IMG/VR virus record: IMGVR_UViG_3300010048_000026 | Span: 1 to 34,889 of that record | Source of the DNA: a virus | Lineage: Duplodnaviria > Caudoviricetes | DNA length: 34,889 nt | Strand: one strand, 5' to 3' | Part shown: positions 8,074 through 17,003 of the stretch, piece after piece | Position numbering within the stretch: the first letter of the stretch is position 1 | How the letters are laid out: the number at the start of each line of letters is the position of its first letter | Notes under the pieces: model-generated | Databases searched by the model: none | Seen by the model: the letters and a program-made list of their open reading frames with translations, nothing else | What the model was told of the DNA's origin: nothing | Made by a program: the position numbers and the translations under genes

Positions 8074-10446
8074 CTACCCACGGTATTGAACGATTTCGTC
8101 CTGTATCATTTCCGATATCAGCACCATGTCGTCGCACGTAGTCAGTGTGGTCATCCCAGTTAACACTCCGACCTGTCCGATAGCGGTGGGCGGCATCACC
8201 GAAATCGCCCCGGAAGCCACGCCCCACAAAAAGGTAGCACCGCCAGTTGTGTGCCACAAATACGGCGCACCGCCGGTCGTCTGCCAAAAGAACGGCGTTG
8301 GCGTAGCGGTGTACGGTTGCGCGGGCGGATCAGGAACGCCGAACTCGTTATCGATAAAAATCTGGTAGGACAAATTGGCTTGGCCAAAGAACCGCGCCAT
8401 CGAAAACAATCGAACGGAACTCTTGGTATGGTCGTATCCGGCAGGCGCATCCCATAGCCGGGTTTGCATCGTCTTCTGGAAACCGGTTGTCGGGGTCACG
8501 AACAATTTGAAGATGCTAACCCCGTCCGTGCCCCATGCCGTAAAGACCGAGTTGATTTCTTGCCCGCAAATGTAGGTCAGGGGAACGTCCTGCGGCGACG
8601 ACCACCAGAACTGACCGTTAAACATCCACATCCGATTTTCGACGGCATATGTAATAGGATCGACAAGGGGGGCGAGTAGCAACCACACCCGTTGTCCGAA
8701 GATCGTCGCCTTGGCGGCCGATAGTTGCTGACCATTGAAGTTTGGAACGCTGTTGTAGACCCCATCAAGCGGAGTAGATTTTTTGACAAAGGTCCCGCCA
8801 GAAGACACGAATATCCCGGCTGAGTTCGCCAGCATGATGTCTTGTTCGAACGTCAATACCGATGCCGGGTAAGGCGTGCCGATTTCCGGGTCAGAGTTAT
8901 TATTGGTGAACGTCGTAGTTGGGGTGCCGCCTTGCGGAGTATTGGTCTGTACCCCGGAGATGTAGTTCATCGAGCTATCGCCGATGATGAACAGAAACCC
9001 GTTGGTCTGAACCGCTGCCGTATACCCGACACGCAAGAAGTTATCGCTGGAGACAAACTGTCCACCACCGTTTGCTGTCGAAAAGTCCGACACCGACCCC
9101 GGTGCAGTAAACGAAACTGTCTTGCCGTCGAACACCCAGACATGACTGGCGTAGGTCTGAACGGCGTTGCCCTTCACACCTAACGGCATAAGCTCCACCG
9201 TACCGGCCGCTGTGACGGCACTGTCGTTGACGGTCAGAACCGGAAGCGGAGTTGCCGCGCCGTAAATACCGGGATTTGTTATGTTGGTCCCAATAATATT
9301 ACCGCCGGATATTTGCAGCGTGATCGCAGCTTGCGTAGGTGTAGAGGCGCCAGAAGGGGCTGCCCCGCCCGACACCGTCACCGTTGCCGATGTGCTGTAA
9401 AGCGACCCGCCGCTATTGATGGTGACAGAGTTAATCTTGAAAAAACCAGTGTCGGTCGCAACAACACTACCCGGATGCCAAAAGCCGCCGCCGTTAACAA
9501 TGCTTACTGCCGTAATCACGCCACCAGTAATCGTAAAGCTAAGAACGGCGTCATGACCATCCTGAGCAACTTGCCCGCCAGTAACGTGCACTAGCGTAAC
9601 GGCACTATAGCCAGACCCTCCGTTCACAAGAGTAACAGAACTAAGGAAATAAACCGGCTGTCCCGCGTCTGACCCCTGTTGCGTCCACGAATAAGTAAAC
9701 GACGCCCCAGAACCGGTTCCAGAAAACGCCATGACCGGCGTCAGGGACGCGCCGCTTCCTGATTGATTGCCACCAGTGAACACCAAGGTCACCACATCCC
9801 CGGCAAGGTAACCGCTGCCGGGGTTGGTCATTGTCACACTGACTACTTGGCCAACAGCATTGATCTGTGCCGAAAACGTTGCGCCAGAGCCGTGGCCGCC
9901 GCTGGCGGTTACGACTGGCGGCGATACATAACCGGACCCCACATTTGTCATCGTGACTAGGGGCGCGAGAGTACCGGCACCGAAAAGTTGCTGACCGTCC
10001 CAAACCCAATAACCATTCGTCTGATTAGAAACGATGACCAAATACTGGCTGCCGTATTGGGTGACGCCAACACTGTTGACGGTTGGGCTAAGTATTGTAG
10101 TCGGCGGCAGAATGGTCTTTTGCGTCAGATCGGTCAGGTTGATCTGTATTGCGGACCCGTCCGCCAAGAACGCAACCGCATAGGGCTGCGCGCCGATGTT
10201 GTAGAAGTCAAAGAACATCACCGCGACGCCGGGCGTAGGCGTGATGCGACTGCCAATTCCGTACAGGGTGCGTAGCTTGCGCGGCGCAATCGGCATAAAG
10301 CCGTCGCACCAGAACATATTCTGATCCGGCACCCCGCTACGGTCAGTGACCGTCTGGATGCCTTGGAACATTTCGCAGACCAGCGGATTAGGCCCGCGTC
10401 TTGCAGCGCCGGTATCGCCTTCGTCGCGTTGCTGCTGTGAGGGCAC
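8074..10446 (-). CDS. tail tubular/nozzle protein (P22 gp10 / T7 gp12 position) with inserted GSGY beta-repeats
   Basis: 790 aa, beta-propeller-like W/F-D strands, central insert of NxGSGY repeats. Lies after the adaptors. Confidence 0.65.
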   Translation of the reverse strand: MPSQQQRDEGDTGAARRGPNPLVCEMFQGIQTVTDRSGVPDQNMFWCDGFMPIAPRKLRTLYGIGSRITPTPGVAVMFFDFYNIGAQPYAVAFLADGSAIQINLTDLTQKTILPPTTILSPTVNSVGVTQYGSQYLVIVSNQTNGYWVWDGQQLFGAGTLAPLVTMTNVGSGYVSPPVVTASGGHGSGATFSAQINAVGQVVSVTMTNPGSGYLAGDVVTLVFTGGNQSGSGASLTPVMAFSGTGSGASFTYSWTQQGSDAGQPVYFLSSVTLVNGGSGYSAVTLVHVTGGQVAQDGHDAVLSFTITGGVITAVSIVNGGGFWHPGSVVATDTGFFKINSVTINSGGSLYSTSATVTVSGGAAPSGASTPTQAAITLQISGGNIIGTNITNPGIYGAATPLPVLTVNDSAVTAAGTVELMPLGVKGNAVQTYASHVWVFDGKTVSFTAPGSVSDFSTANGGGQFVSSDNFLRVGYTAAVQTNGFLFIIGDSSMNYISGVQTNTPQGGTPTTTFTNNNSDPEIGTPYPASVLTFEQDIMLANSAGIFVSSGGTFVKKSTPLDGVYNSVPNFNGQQLSAAKATIFGQRVWLLLAPLVDPITYAVENRMWMFNGQFWWSSPQDVPLTYICGQEINSVFTAWGTDGVSIFKLFVTPTTGFQKTMQTRLWDAPAGYDHTKSSVRLFSMARFFGQANLSYQIFIDNEFGVPDPPAQPYTATPTPFFWQTTGGAPYLWHTTGGATFLWGVASGAISVMPPTAIGQVGVLTGMTTLTTCDDMVLISEMIQDEIVQYRG

Positions 10447-10887
10447 TTAAACCCTCACGGTTAACATTTCTTCGGGGAATATCTTCTTCGACCAGAAATA
10501 ATCGCGAACCTGCTCGCGCGGAATGTCACTTCCTCGATCAAGCACTACTTTCTTGATACCAGCAGACTTCGCCCACGACCTGACGTTTTCATACATCTTG
10601 GCCGCGCCTTCCAATTGGTGAAACGCCTGACGATCTTCGCAGAGCATAAACCGCTCCTGCGCTACCCACTCGTCCGCCATCGGATCAATGCACACCATTT
10701 CGACCAGTATCACGGCATAATCGGTGCGCAAGAACAGGCAGTCATTGCGATTGGCAAGAGAACGAAGATAGTTGGCAATGAAATGCTCGCTCTTGCCGTA
10801 CTTTACGGCCAACCGCTGCACGATCCAGCCCGCGCGGTCATTAAGGTCGGACGACGTAAAACGTCTGACTAACGGCGACAACATCAA
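10447..10887 (-). CDS. GNAT-fold virion assembly protein (putative)
   Basis: N-terminal 'VRRFTSSDL' and C-terminal 'AAKMYENVRSWAKSAGIKKVVL' resemble GNAT motifs. Such genes are common in podovirus tail modules. Confidence 0.5.
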   Translation of the reverse strand: MMLSPLVRRFTSSDLNDRAGWIVQRLAVKYGKSEHFIANYLRSLANRNDCLFLRTDYAVILVEMVCIDPMADEWVAQERFMLCEDRQAFHQLEGAAKMYENVRSWAKSAGIKKVVLDRGSDIPREQVRDYFWSKKIFPEEMLTVRV

Positions 10888-11813
10888 TACCTCCCGTATG
10901 GATTGACGACGCGCCCGATGCGCGCTTCTCCGGAATACTCTTGCGCCATCCTTGTGTAGAGGTCGAGATAGTATTTGCTCGCGTTCAGATTTTGCAGCTT
11001 GGCGTAGCCCAGATGCGCGGCGAAATACGGTGGCAATTCATCCCACGGTCCTTGCAGCGTTTCGACGCTCTGGTCATCACTAAGGTCCTGCGGCAGGCAC
11101 TGCATGTCCCATTCCATCTGGTAGGTCTGGGACGGTAGCGGATAGACGTAGAGCGAACCCTTCGTGCCCTGCCCGTACTGCGAACAGAAAGTCGGAACGT
11201 ACTGATACTGGAACGGGTACTGGCGGACCATCGCCTGATAGGTCGAGAACGAATACATCGGCAGCGAATAACGATAATTGGCATAGATGATCGACACGCT
11301 GCGCACGCCGTAAACCGATGCCACGCCGGGGAACGCCGACAGATCGACATCGGCGAAGTTGTAAACCTCCTGCCCCCGGTTGAGCGTCATCACGAACGAC
11401 ACCGTCGCAACTGCGGTCGCGCCCACCCCGGTCGGATCGGTGATGGTCATAATCGGCTGGAAGTAACCGTCGCCGCCGAAGAGATTGTTGATTGACGAAA
11501 TCACCCCGCCTTGCACGTTGGCGCTAGCGGTCGCCTGATTGCCGTTGGGGAAGAGTGGATTGCCGCCGGGAAAGTCTGGCGGCGTGATCGCGCAGACAGG
11601 GGACGATGAGTAATGCTGCCCGCCGTTGGTTACCGTCCAAGTCAAAATCTGGCCGCTGATCGAACTCTTGATGCGGACACATTGACACTGGCTGGCGATC
11701 TTGCGACGCCCGCGATTGACCCACTGCCTGATGTCTTGCGGATTGACGCGAGCTTGGTTCTCGTCGCCAAGGAACTGCTGGGTCATCCGAATGTGGTCGA
11801 ACATGGTGGTCAT
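10884..11813 (-). CDS. head-tail adaptor protein, paralog 2 (with beta-repeat insert)
   Basis: Adaptor-type N-terminus (IRMTQQFLGD...DIRQWVNRGRRKIA) and 'SLYVYPLPSQTY' motif; aligns by eye with 11810..12586. Confidence 0.65.
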   Translation of the reverse strand: MTTMFDHIRMTQQFLGDENQARVNPQDIRQWVNRGRRKIASQCQCVRIKSSISGQILTWTVTNGGQHYSSSPVCAITPPDFPGGNPLFPNGNQATASANVQGGVISSINNLFGGDGYFQPIMTITDPTGVGATAVATVSFVMTLNRGQEVYNFADVDLSAFPGVASVYGVRSVSIIYANYRYSLPMYSFSTYQAMVRQYPFQYQYVPTFCSQYGQGTKGSLYVYPLPSQTYQMEWDMQCLPQDLSDDQSVETLQGPWDELPPYFAAHLGYAKLQNLNASKYYLDLYTRMAQEYSGEARIGRVVNPYGRY

Positions 11814-12586
11814 TGCGCACCACCCCCGCCCTTCGGCAAAGCCATCTGGTTGAGGGCAGTCGGATCGGGGACCTGTTCGTATTCGTACCGCAGCACATCA
11901 GGCGTCGCTGCGTCGCGCGCGCGCTGCGTAAACTGCTGGTAATACTGGTAGTAGCGCTCGCCGTCCGCCATGCGCGCCGATGTCTGCGCCGACAACAGCG
12001 CGTAATAGGCGGCATAGAACGGGACGGCATCGGTCCACAGATACGGGATAGCCTCAAAATCGGTGTCCGCCGCCAGCGCTGCCGGGTAGCAAACACAATC
12101 GCAAGTCAGGGGATAGGTAAAATCCGGTATGGGATCGATGTAGAAGCTGCCGCTGTTCATCTGCCCCGCCCCCTGCCCGGTGATACTTCCGGTTCCGGCG
12201 GACCCCTGACCGTATTGCGCCCACGAAGATGGCTGCCCGGAAGTGGGGACAGGATTATTCAGGTGATAGTATTCGAACCATGGCCACGCTCTGGGGGCTA
12301 TCCATTTGAAACCCTGAGCAACCGCAAACCGTATCGAACGGATGTGGATTACCCCCTGCACTCCGGTTGTCGACGGCGATCCGACATTCATGCTGGAAAA
12401 TGGATAGACCCGCTGCCCGATGGTTGTAGTGACCGTTCCTAGAACACGGACGCAGCGCGCTTCGCCTGCCAACTGGCCGCGAGCGATATTGACATAGGAC
12501 GTGATGTCGGCGGTCGAATACAGACTGATCGGAGCGCCGGGGTTCTGAAGCAACCGCTGGGTCTGGGTGATGTATGAAGCCAGCAC
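11810..12586 (-). CDS. head-tail adaptor protein, paralog 1
   Basis: YITQTQRLLQ...DITSYVNIARGQLA; 'SFYIDPIPDFTY'; 'IPYLWTDAVPFYAAYYAL'. Confidence 0.65.
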   Translation of the reverse strand: MLASYITQTQRLLQNPGAPISLYSTADITSYVNIARGQLAGEARCVRVLGTVTTTIGQRVYPFSSMNVGSPSTTGVQGVIHIRSIRFAVAQGFKWIAPRAWPWFEYYHLNNPVPTSGQPSSWAQYGQGSAGTGSITGQGAGQMNSGSFYIDPIPDFTYPLTCDCVCYPAALAADTDFEAIPYLWTDAVPFYAAYYALLSAQTSARMADGERYYQYYQQFTQRARDAATPDVLRYEYEQVPDPTALNQMALPKGGGGAQ

Positions 12587-12606
12587 GGCACAGTCTCCCG
12601 CGCCGT
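12585..12606 (-). promoter_or_regulatory. 9-bp stem with GAGA tetraloop covering the SD and part of the start codon of adaptor paralog 1
   Basis: Minus strand ACGGCGCGG-GAGA-CTGTGCCGT with two G-U pairs, which pair only on the minus strand. Confidence 0.5.
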
Positions 12607-12610
12607 TTTA

Positions 12611-12871
12611 TCACGCTGGGAGAAAGACGATATAGCCTGACGTAGAACGCTCCGCATCGATCCGGTATCTACCGATTGATTGATCCTGCCGTCTGATCAA
12701 TACCAGATCGCCGCTAGACATGATCGCCTGTTGCACACTAAACGGCCCAGCGGCAGAAACGGCGCTGACAGTTCCGGAATTAGACAGCGATGTATCCGGG
12801 ATAGTCAGGGTTTTAATCGCAAACGGGTTCTGCGGCCGATACCCCGTCGTCCCTACCGAATAGGTCGCCAT
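12611..12871 (-). CDS. hypothetical virion-associated protein
   Basis: 86 aa ORF directly abutting the upstream stop, within the head module. Confidence 0.6.
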   Translation of the reverse strand: MATYSVGTTGYRPQNPFAIKTLTIPDTSLSNSGTVSAVSAAGPFSVQQAIMSSGDLVLIRRQDQSIGRYRIDAERSTSGYIVFLPA

Positions 12872-14029
12872 TTATGTCTTCAGCGGTTGCATAACGATGA
12901 TGTCTTGAGTGGTCCCCATCGTCAGGGCGATAGTGTTGCCAACCGGAGTACCGGCTGCGCCACCGGCCTGTTGCGACGGCTGCGGCACGCCTTCGAACAG
13001 TCCGCCGTCAATGATGGTCGCAAGCTGCGCCGCTACCGTGCCCAAAGCAGTGACGGTTAGCGTCGCCTGCAATGGACGCGGCTTGAAGGTCAGATGCAGG
13101 AAGTCCGGACCGTTGGTGATCGTGCCAACGCTTGGCGCGCCGCCGGTCGAGGTCAGACCGGCACCCAAGGTGCCCCAGCCTGTCCCGGTGCCTGTCAAGC
13201 TCGCGGTGATGCAAGTCATCATGAACACCGGAGCCAGCGTGGCATTGCTGCCCGCGCCGGAAGGCGTAAGCGTCAAGTTCCCCGGAGTGAGCGTGTTGCC
13301 GTTATTGGTGCAGAGAACGGCCGTGATCGAACCGGCACCCACCGTCTGGACGGTGATCGTCGCGGCGGTAATACCGGTCGCAAGGTTCGGATCGAACGGC
13401 GACGGCACCACAACGACCGTAGGAGCGGTTGGATAGCCAGCGCCGGGATTATTGAAGGTGAAGCCCGATACCGTACCGGACGCGATGACCGCGTAACCGG
13501 ACGCCTGAACGCCACCTAAGCCGTTCGGGTTGCTCTCATTGCTGGGAGGCGGCGGGATAAAGACTAAGGGAGCCACACCATAGCCTGCCCCCGCCGCCGT
13601 AACGGTGGCGTTGCCCAACTGACCACCGACTATCGCCGCCCACGTCGAACCGCCACCCCCTGTGACGCCTACAGTGGTCGAGGACTGCACCCAGCCGCTG
13701 CCGTATTGAATGATGGTCGCAGCGACCGGACAGCCGGTCAGGTTGGCCACGCGAACAGAAAATCCGTCGCTATCGATGATGCGGTTTCCGGGTTCCCACG
13801 CTCCAGACGCGCCAGTAGTCCACGTATTGGTCACCGGATCGAGGTACTGGAGGACGCAGTACATCCCTTCCGTGATTATCCAAGTACCGCGCGGGACAAC
13901 CAGCGACTGACCGCCCGCCAAGCAAACGCGATTGGACGAGGCGTCATACGTCGAGTTGGCCAGTTCCGAAGGGTACAGGTTCTGCGGAAACTGAAGTCCT
14001 TGGCCGGGACCAGAGAGCGGACCAGACAT
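12872..14029 (-). CDS. capsid decoration / auxiliary protein with GxGY beta-repeats
   Basis: Directly downstream of the major capsid gene, SD AAGGAG. Very Thr/Gly-rich (AAGAGYGVAPLV, NPGAGYPTAPTV). Confidence 0.6.
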   Translation of the reverse strand: MSGPLSGPGQGLQFPQNLYPSELANSTYDASSNRVCLAGGQSLVVPRGTWIITEGMYCVLQYLDPVTNTWTTGASGAWEPGNRIIDSDGFSVRVANLTGCPVAATIIQYGSGWVQSSTTVGVTGGGGSTWAAIVGGQLGNATVTAAGAGYGVAPLVFIPPPPSNESNPNGLGGVQASGYAVIASGTVSGFTFNNPGAGYPTAPTVVVVPSPFDPNLATGITAATITVQTVGAGSITAVLCTNNGNTLTPGNLTLTPSGAGSNATLAPVFMMTCITASLTGTGTGWGTLGAGLTSTGGAPSVGTITNGPDFLHLTFKPRPLQATLTVTALGTVAAQLATIIDGGLFEGVPQPSQQAGGAAGTPVGNTIALTMGTTQDIIVMQPLKT

Positions 14030-14044
14030 GTTGCTGTCTCTCCT

Positions 14045-15097
14045 TTAGAACTGCGCGCCGCCGATGTTGCTGGTAGTGACGGCATTGGCTGACGGCTTGC
14101 CGGTGCAGACTTCATAGCCGACGACGGTCACCCCCTGCTGACCGATTTGTCCAAGGGGGACCAGACTGTAAAACCCTGAGAAATCAAAGGCTGCGTCTTC
14201 TGACAGGTACATTGCCGTGTACTTGCAGTTGACCGCAAATATCTGCCCCTTCGGACAGAAGTGATCGTTGAAGACCGGCACCCCCGACACAACGAGGTTC
14301 GGGAAGCTGGTCCGGACCTGCGTGTCCATGTTGTAGGCATTGCCCACAACCGGGTTAAGCTGCTCGATCCCGATAAAGGCGTTGTTGAGCGTCGCATAGT
14401 CGCCGGGCGACATGACGACGAAGGTCGGCGCTTCGCCACCGGCAGCGTCCGTCACTTGGGCGATGAAAGTCGCCATGGTCGAACGGTTGAAGCCCAGCGT
14501 AGTGACCGTGGCGGTCGAGTACGCGCCCGTGGTCATGCTGATCAACTGCCCTTGGAACGCCGTGTTGCCGGTCGCGGTCCGGTTGATGCCGCCATAGACC
14601 GGGAAATTGGTGCCGTTGTCGAAGGCGTTGAGGAAGCTGTCCGGGAACAGCGAGTTGGTGGTGTTGTTCAGATACAGCAAACGCGCCATCTGCTGGCGCG
14701 TCACTGCGTAGACATCGTTCATGCGGGCCTTGAGCAGACTGATTTCCCGCTCCGTCGCCTGAATGACGGTTTCGCCAAACGGCAGCGGAACAGGAACGAC
14801 CCAGTAGGCGAGATTGAACTGAAGGTTCTGTATCCCCGGTGTAACGACCGGAGAATTGAACCCGCCGCCATACCCGACGAACTGCCCCTGCACCATGCTC
14901 TGGCCTTGTGCCGGGATGGTGATCTGGTTCAGGCCGCCCGCTGCCCGCTGGGCGTTGCCAATCATGTAGTAGAGACTGGCGGACCCGAAATAAATCTGAA
15001 CGAACAGGCGGGGGACGAAAGCCCGGCGCGTAACGGCGGCTAACTCGTTATAAAGCGATCCGGCCGCCGGGGCGACGCCAATACCGGGAAGGGGCAT
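14045..15097 (-). CDS. major capsid protein (HK97 fold inferred)
   Basis: 350 aa, strong SD AAGGAG. Motifs 'ELAAVTRRAFVPRLFVQI', 'PTFVVMSPGDYATL', 'GVPVFNDHFCPKGQIFAVN'. Follows the scaffold. Confidence 0.85.
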   Translation of the reverse strand: MPLPGIGVAPAAGSLYNELAAVTRRAFVPRLFVQIYFGSASLYYMIGNAQRAAGGLNQITIPAQGQSMVQGQFVGYGGGFNSPVVTPGIQNLQFNLAYWVVPVPLPFGETVIQATEREISLLKARMNDVYAVTRQQMARLLYLNNTTNSLFPDSFLNAFDNGTNFPVYGGINRTATGNTAFQGQLISMTTGAYSTATVTTLGFNRSTMATFIAQVTDAAGGEAPTFVVMSPGDYATLNNAFIGIEQLNPVVGNAYNMDTQVRTSFPNLVVSGVPVFNDHFCPKGQIFAVNCKYTAMYLSEDAAFDFSGFYSLVPLGQIGQQGVTVVGYEVCTGKPSANAVTTSNIGGAQF

Positions 15098-15111
15098 CTG
15101 TCATTCTCCTT

Positions 15112-15720
15112 CTAACGCCGTCTGTTCGCTTGGGCGACCTGTTGACGGAAGTCGTTCAGCGCATCGCGAGCCATCTTGTCGGTGACAACATCACTGTTGC
15201 CCCTAGTTTCGATCAGGCGCTTGATATCGCTGTCCTTGTCTTCGGGGGGCGTCTCTAGGAAGTTCCATGCGCCGACACCACCGGGCATGGCTGGAGGCGG
15301 AGGCGGGTTCTGCTTTTCCCACCAAGCGGCTGCAATTTCGTGGTCGACAATGCCCTTGGGTTCCATCACCTCTTTTTCAAGCTTGTCGATTGCTGAGGGG
15401 CTGAAGCCTTGGTCGATCAATTTCTGGCGACCGCTGTCCCACTTGGACCTCAATAACCCCTGCGCCCTTTCCTCTTCGCCTTTCTTCCTCTCATCGTCCT
15501 GTTCCTTCTTCATTTCGCTGATCTGTTTTTCCAGATCGGAAACGCGCGCGTTGGCTAGCTTTTCCGCGTCCGCCAGCGGCGTGGCGACATTCGGATCGAT
15601 TTTCTTGTGCATCGCTTCCAGTGCGCGCGCGTTCTCTGGATTGGAAGCAATCCGGCGCATCGTGTGCAGCGTGCGCTGCCCCAGATTGTACACCTCTTCG
15701 TCTACTTCGATCTTCGCCAT
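15112..15720 (-). CDS. capsid scaffolding protein (putative)
   Basis: Charged coiled coil, Pro-rich linker, immediately upstream of the capsid gene. Confidence 0.65.
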   Translation of the reverse strand: MAKIEVDEEVYNLGQRTLHTMRRIASNPENARALEAMHKKIDPNVATPLADAEKLANARVSDLEKQISEMKKEQDDERKKGEEERAQGLLRSKWDSGRQKLIDQGFSPSAIDKLEKEVMEPKGIVDHEIAAAWWEKQNPPPPPAMPGGVGAWNFLETPPEDKDSDIKRLIETRGNSDVVTDKMARDALNDFRQQVAQANRRR

Positions 15721-15722
15721 GG

Positions 15723-15911
15723 CTACTTCGATCCCGGTGTTGAACTAGCGTTCGGGACGTGCGAAATCGGCAATTCCTTGGAGATGTGCGTAGCCGGGAG
15801 ATGACTATGGCGACCGCCGATGTCGGCTTGCATCAAGTCGACCCGCACGATCTGTTCATCGCTTTCCGGGATCGACTTGGCGGAATTTTGAAAGATGTTC
15901 AGATTGCTCAT
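15723..15911 (-). CDS. small hypothetical head-module protein
   Basis: ATGA-coupled 62 aa ORF. Confidence 0.6.
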   Translation of the reverse strand: MSNLNIFQNSAKSIPESDEQIVRVDLMQADIGGRHSHLPATHISKELPISHVPNASSTPGSK

Positions 15912-16132
15912 GACTTGGCTCCTAAGTCTCGATTGGGCAGATTACGAACGCTGGCTTGCTGTGTGTGCTGGGTGCCGTAATGGCCTTGATCTAACAGACC
16001 GTACAGATTGCCGTGGCCATCTTCCGGGCTTTGTATGACCCGCACCGGCTTCGATCCGTTGTAGATCAAACCGTTGTGATTTTTGTTTTCAAAAAGGTCC
16101 ATGTCAGGCTGCCATTGGCGGACCGCCGCCAC
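15908..16132 (-). CDS. small hypothetical head-module protein
   Basis: 74 aa ORF tiling the operon; start uncertain. Confidence 0.5.
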   Translation of the reverse strand: MAAVRQWQPDMDLFENKNHNGLIYNGSKPVRVIQSPEDGHGNLYGLLDQGHYGTQHTQQASVRNLPNRDLGAKS

Positions 16133-16520
16133 TCATTCCCGGAGGATCGCCGCCTGCGCCGCCGCCAGCTTGCTTCATCATCTGAGCGCGCAACTGTTGT
16201 GCTTGCTGGTTCTGCTGGGCGTGACGCAATTGTGCCTGATCCATGACGTTCTTTTGTCCCGCAGGCGATGCACTACCGGGCGGCGCTAGTTTATTTAAGC
16301 TTTTCAAAATATCCAAAATCTTGCCGCCTATTTCCGACGTAGCTCCAGCAGCATTGAGCGCTTGCGTCAGTATCTGCGCGGCGGCAGCCGCAGCCTGCAA
16401 CGCCGAAGCTTCACCGCCGCGATTTGGAGTAGGGCTGACGGCAGGCGTCGAACCCATGGGCGGGCCGCCGCCACCCGGACCGGGCGGGCGTGGTGCTGAC
16501 GGTGTTGGAATTTGGGGCAT
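16104..16520 (-). CDS. Pro/Gly/Gln-rich hypothetical protein of the kind found between portal and scaffold
   Basis: SD AGGA. Low-complexity ends around a helical core. Confidence 0.65.
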   Translation of the reverse strand: MPQIPTPSAPRPPGPGGGGPPMGSTPAVSPTPNRGGEASALQAAAAAAQILTQALNAAGATSEIGGKILDILKSLNKLAPPGSASPAGQKNVMDQAQLRHAQQNQQAQQLRAQMMKQAGGGAGGDPPGMSGGGPPMAA

Positions 16521-16536
16521 TGTGTCCTGTTGTTAA

Positions 16537-16570
16537 ACGGCGGCCCGCACTAAAGACGCAAGGCCGCCGT
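16537..16570 (-). terminator. GC-rich hairpin (possible weak terminator, processing or stability element)
   Basis: Perfect 9-bp inverted repeat ACGGCGGCC/GGCCGCCGT, extendable by G-U pairs on the minus strand, followed by only a short U tract. Confidence 0.4.
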
Positions 16571-16593
16571 CTGCCAATCGTGTCAGGATTGAT

Positions 16594-16641
16594 TTACCGA
16601 CGACGGTGTTTACGACCACGCCGGAAACGAAGCGTTTCCAT
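16594..16641 (-). CDS. 15-aa Arg-rich protamine-like peptide METLRFRRGRKHRRR
   Basis: GGAG SD 6 nt upstream of ATG 16641, TAA at 16594-16596. Below the ORF track size cutoff. Confidence 0.6.
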   Translation of the reverse strand: METLRFRRGRKHRRR

Positions 16642-16722
16642 TGTTCACTCCATCTGAGGGCGAGCGATCAGCCCATGGTTAACGGCTCACACCGCCGCAA
16701 CGCCGAAGCATCCCGCCTTGCC

Positions 16723-16751
16723 TTGACAAACTCCACAGTTTTTTTCTATCC
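16723..16751 (+). promoter_or_regulatory. sigma70-like promoter for the HTH gene
   Basis: TTGACA-N17-CTATCC in an AT-rich gap; resembles the rhizobial CTTGAC...CTATAT consensus. Confidence 0.5.
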
Positions 16752-16802
16752 ATAACAAAGTGTTTCGGCCGCAACGTATCCTCCCGTACAGATTGGTCGA
16801 AA

Positions 16803-17003
16803 ATGGCTCCCACTACGATTGACCCGCCATCTCTCTGGACATCGAAGGACGCTTGCCGCTTTTTGCGTATATCAAAAACCACGCTTTGGAAGCTTTGCCA
16901 GATACCGCGCAAGAAAGGCGGACCGCCTGCGGTATACATATCGAAGCGCGTGCGCTTCCCGCGTGAAGAGTTCATCGAGTGGGCAATGTCGAGGAGGAAT
17001 TAA
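16803..17003 (+). CDS. excisionase/AlpA-type winged HTH DNA-binding protein
   Basis: LWTSKDACRFLRISKTTLWKL...PPAVYISKRVRFPREEFIEW is a typical HTH_17/AlpA pattern. Confidence 0.8.
   Translation: MAPTTIDPPSLWTSKDACRFLRISKTTLWKLCQIPRKKGGPPAVYISKRVRFPREEFIEWAMSRRN

Noticed and set aside
6-16536. Many long plus-strand ORFs (e.g. 6..446, 2479..3357, 6145..6810, 7192..8163, 14261..15043)
   Set aside because: Antisense shadows of tightly coupled minus-strand genes in GC-rich DNA; no recognisable motifs.
16679-16975. Minus-strand 98-aa ORF that would keep the head operon continuous
   Set aside because: It is antisense to a clear HTH gene and crosses the AT-rich promoter gap.
16803-17003. Xis-like gene as a sign of an integrated mobile element
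   Set aside because: No integrase, transposase or att-like flanking repeats seen in the window.
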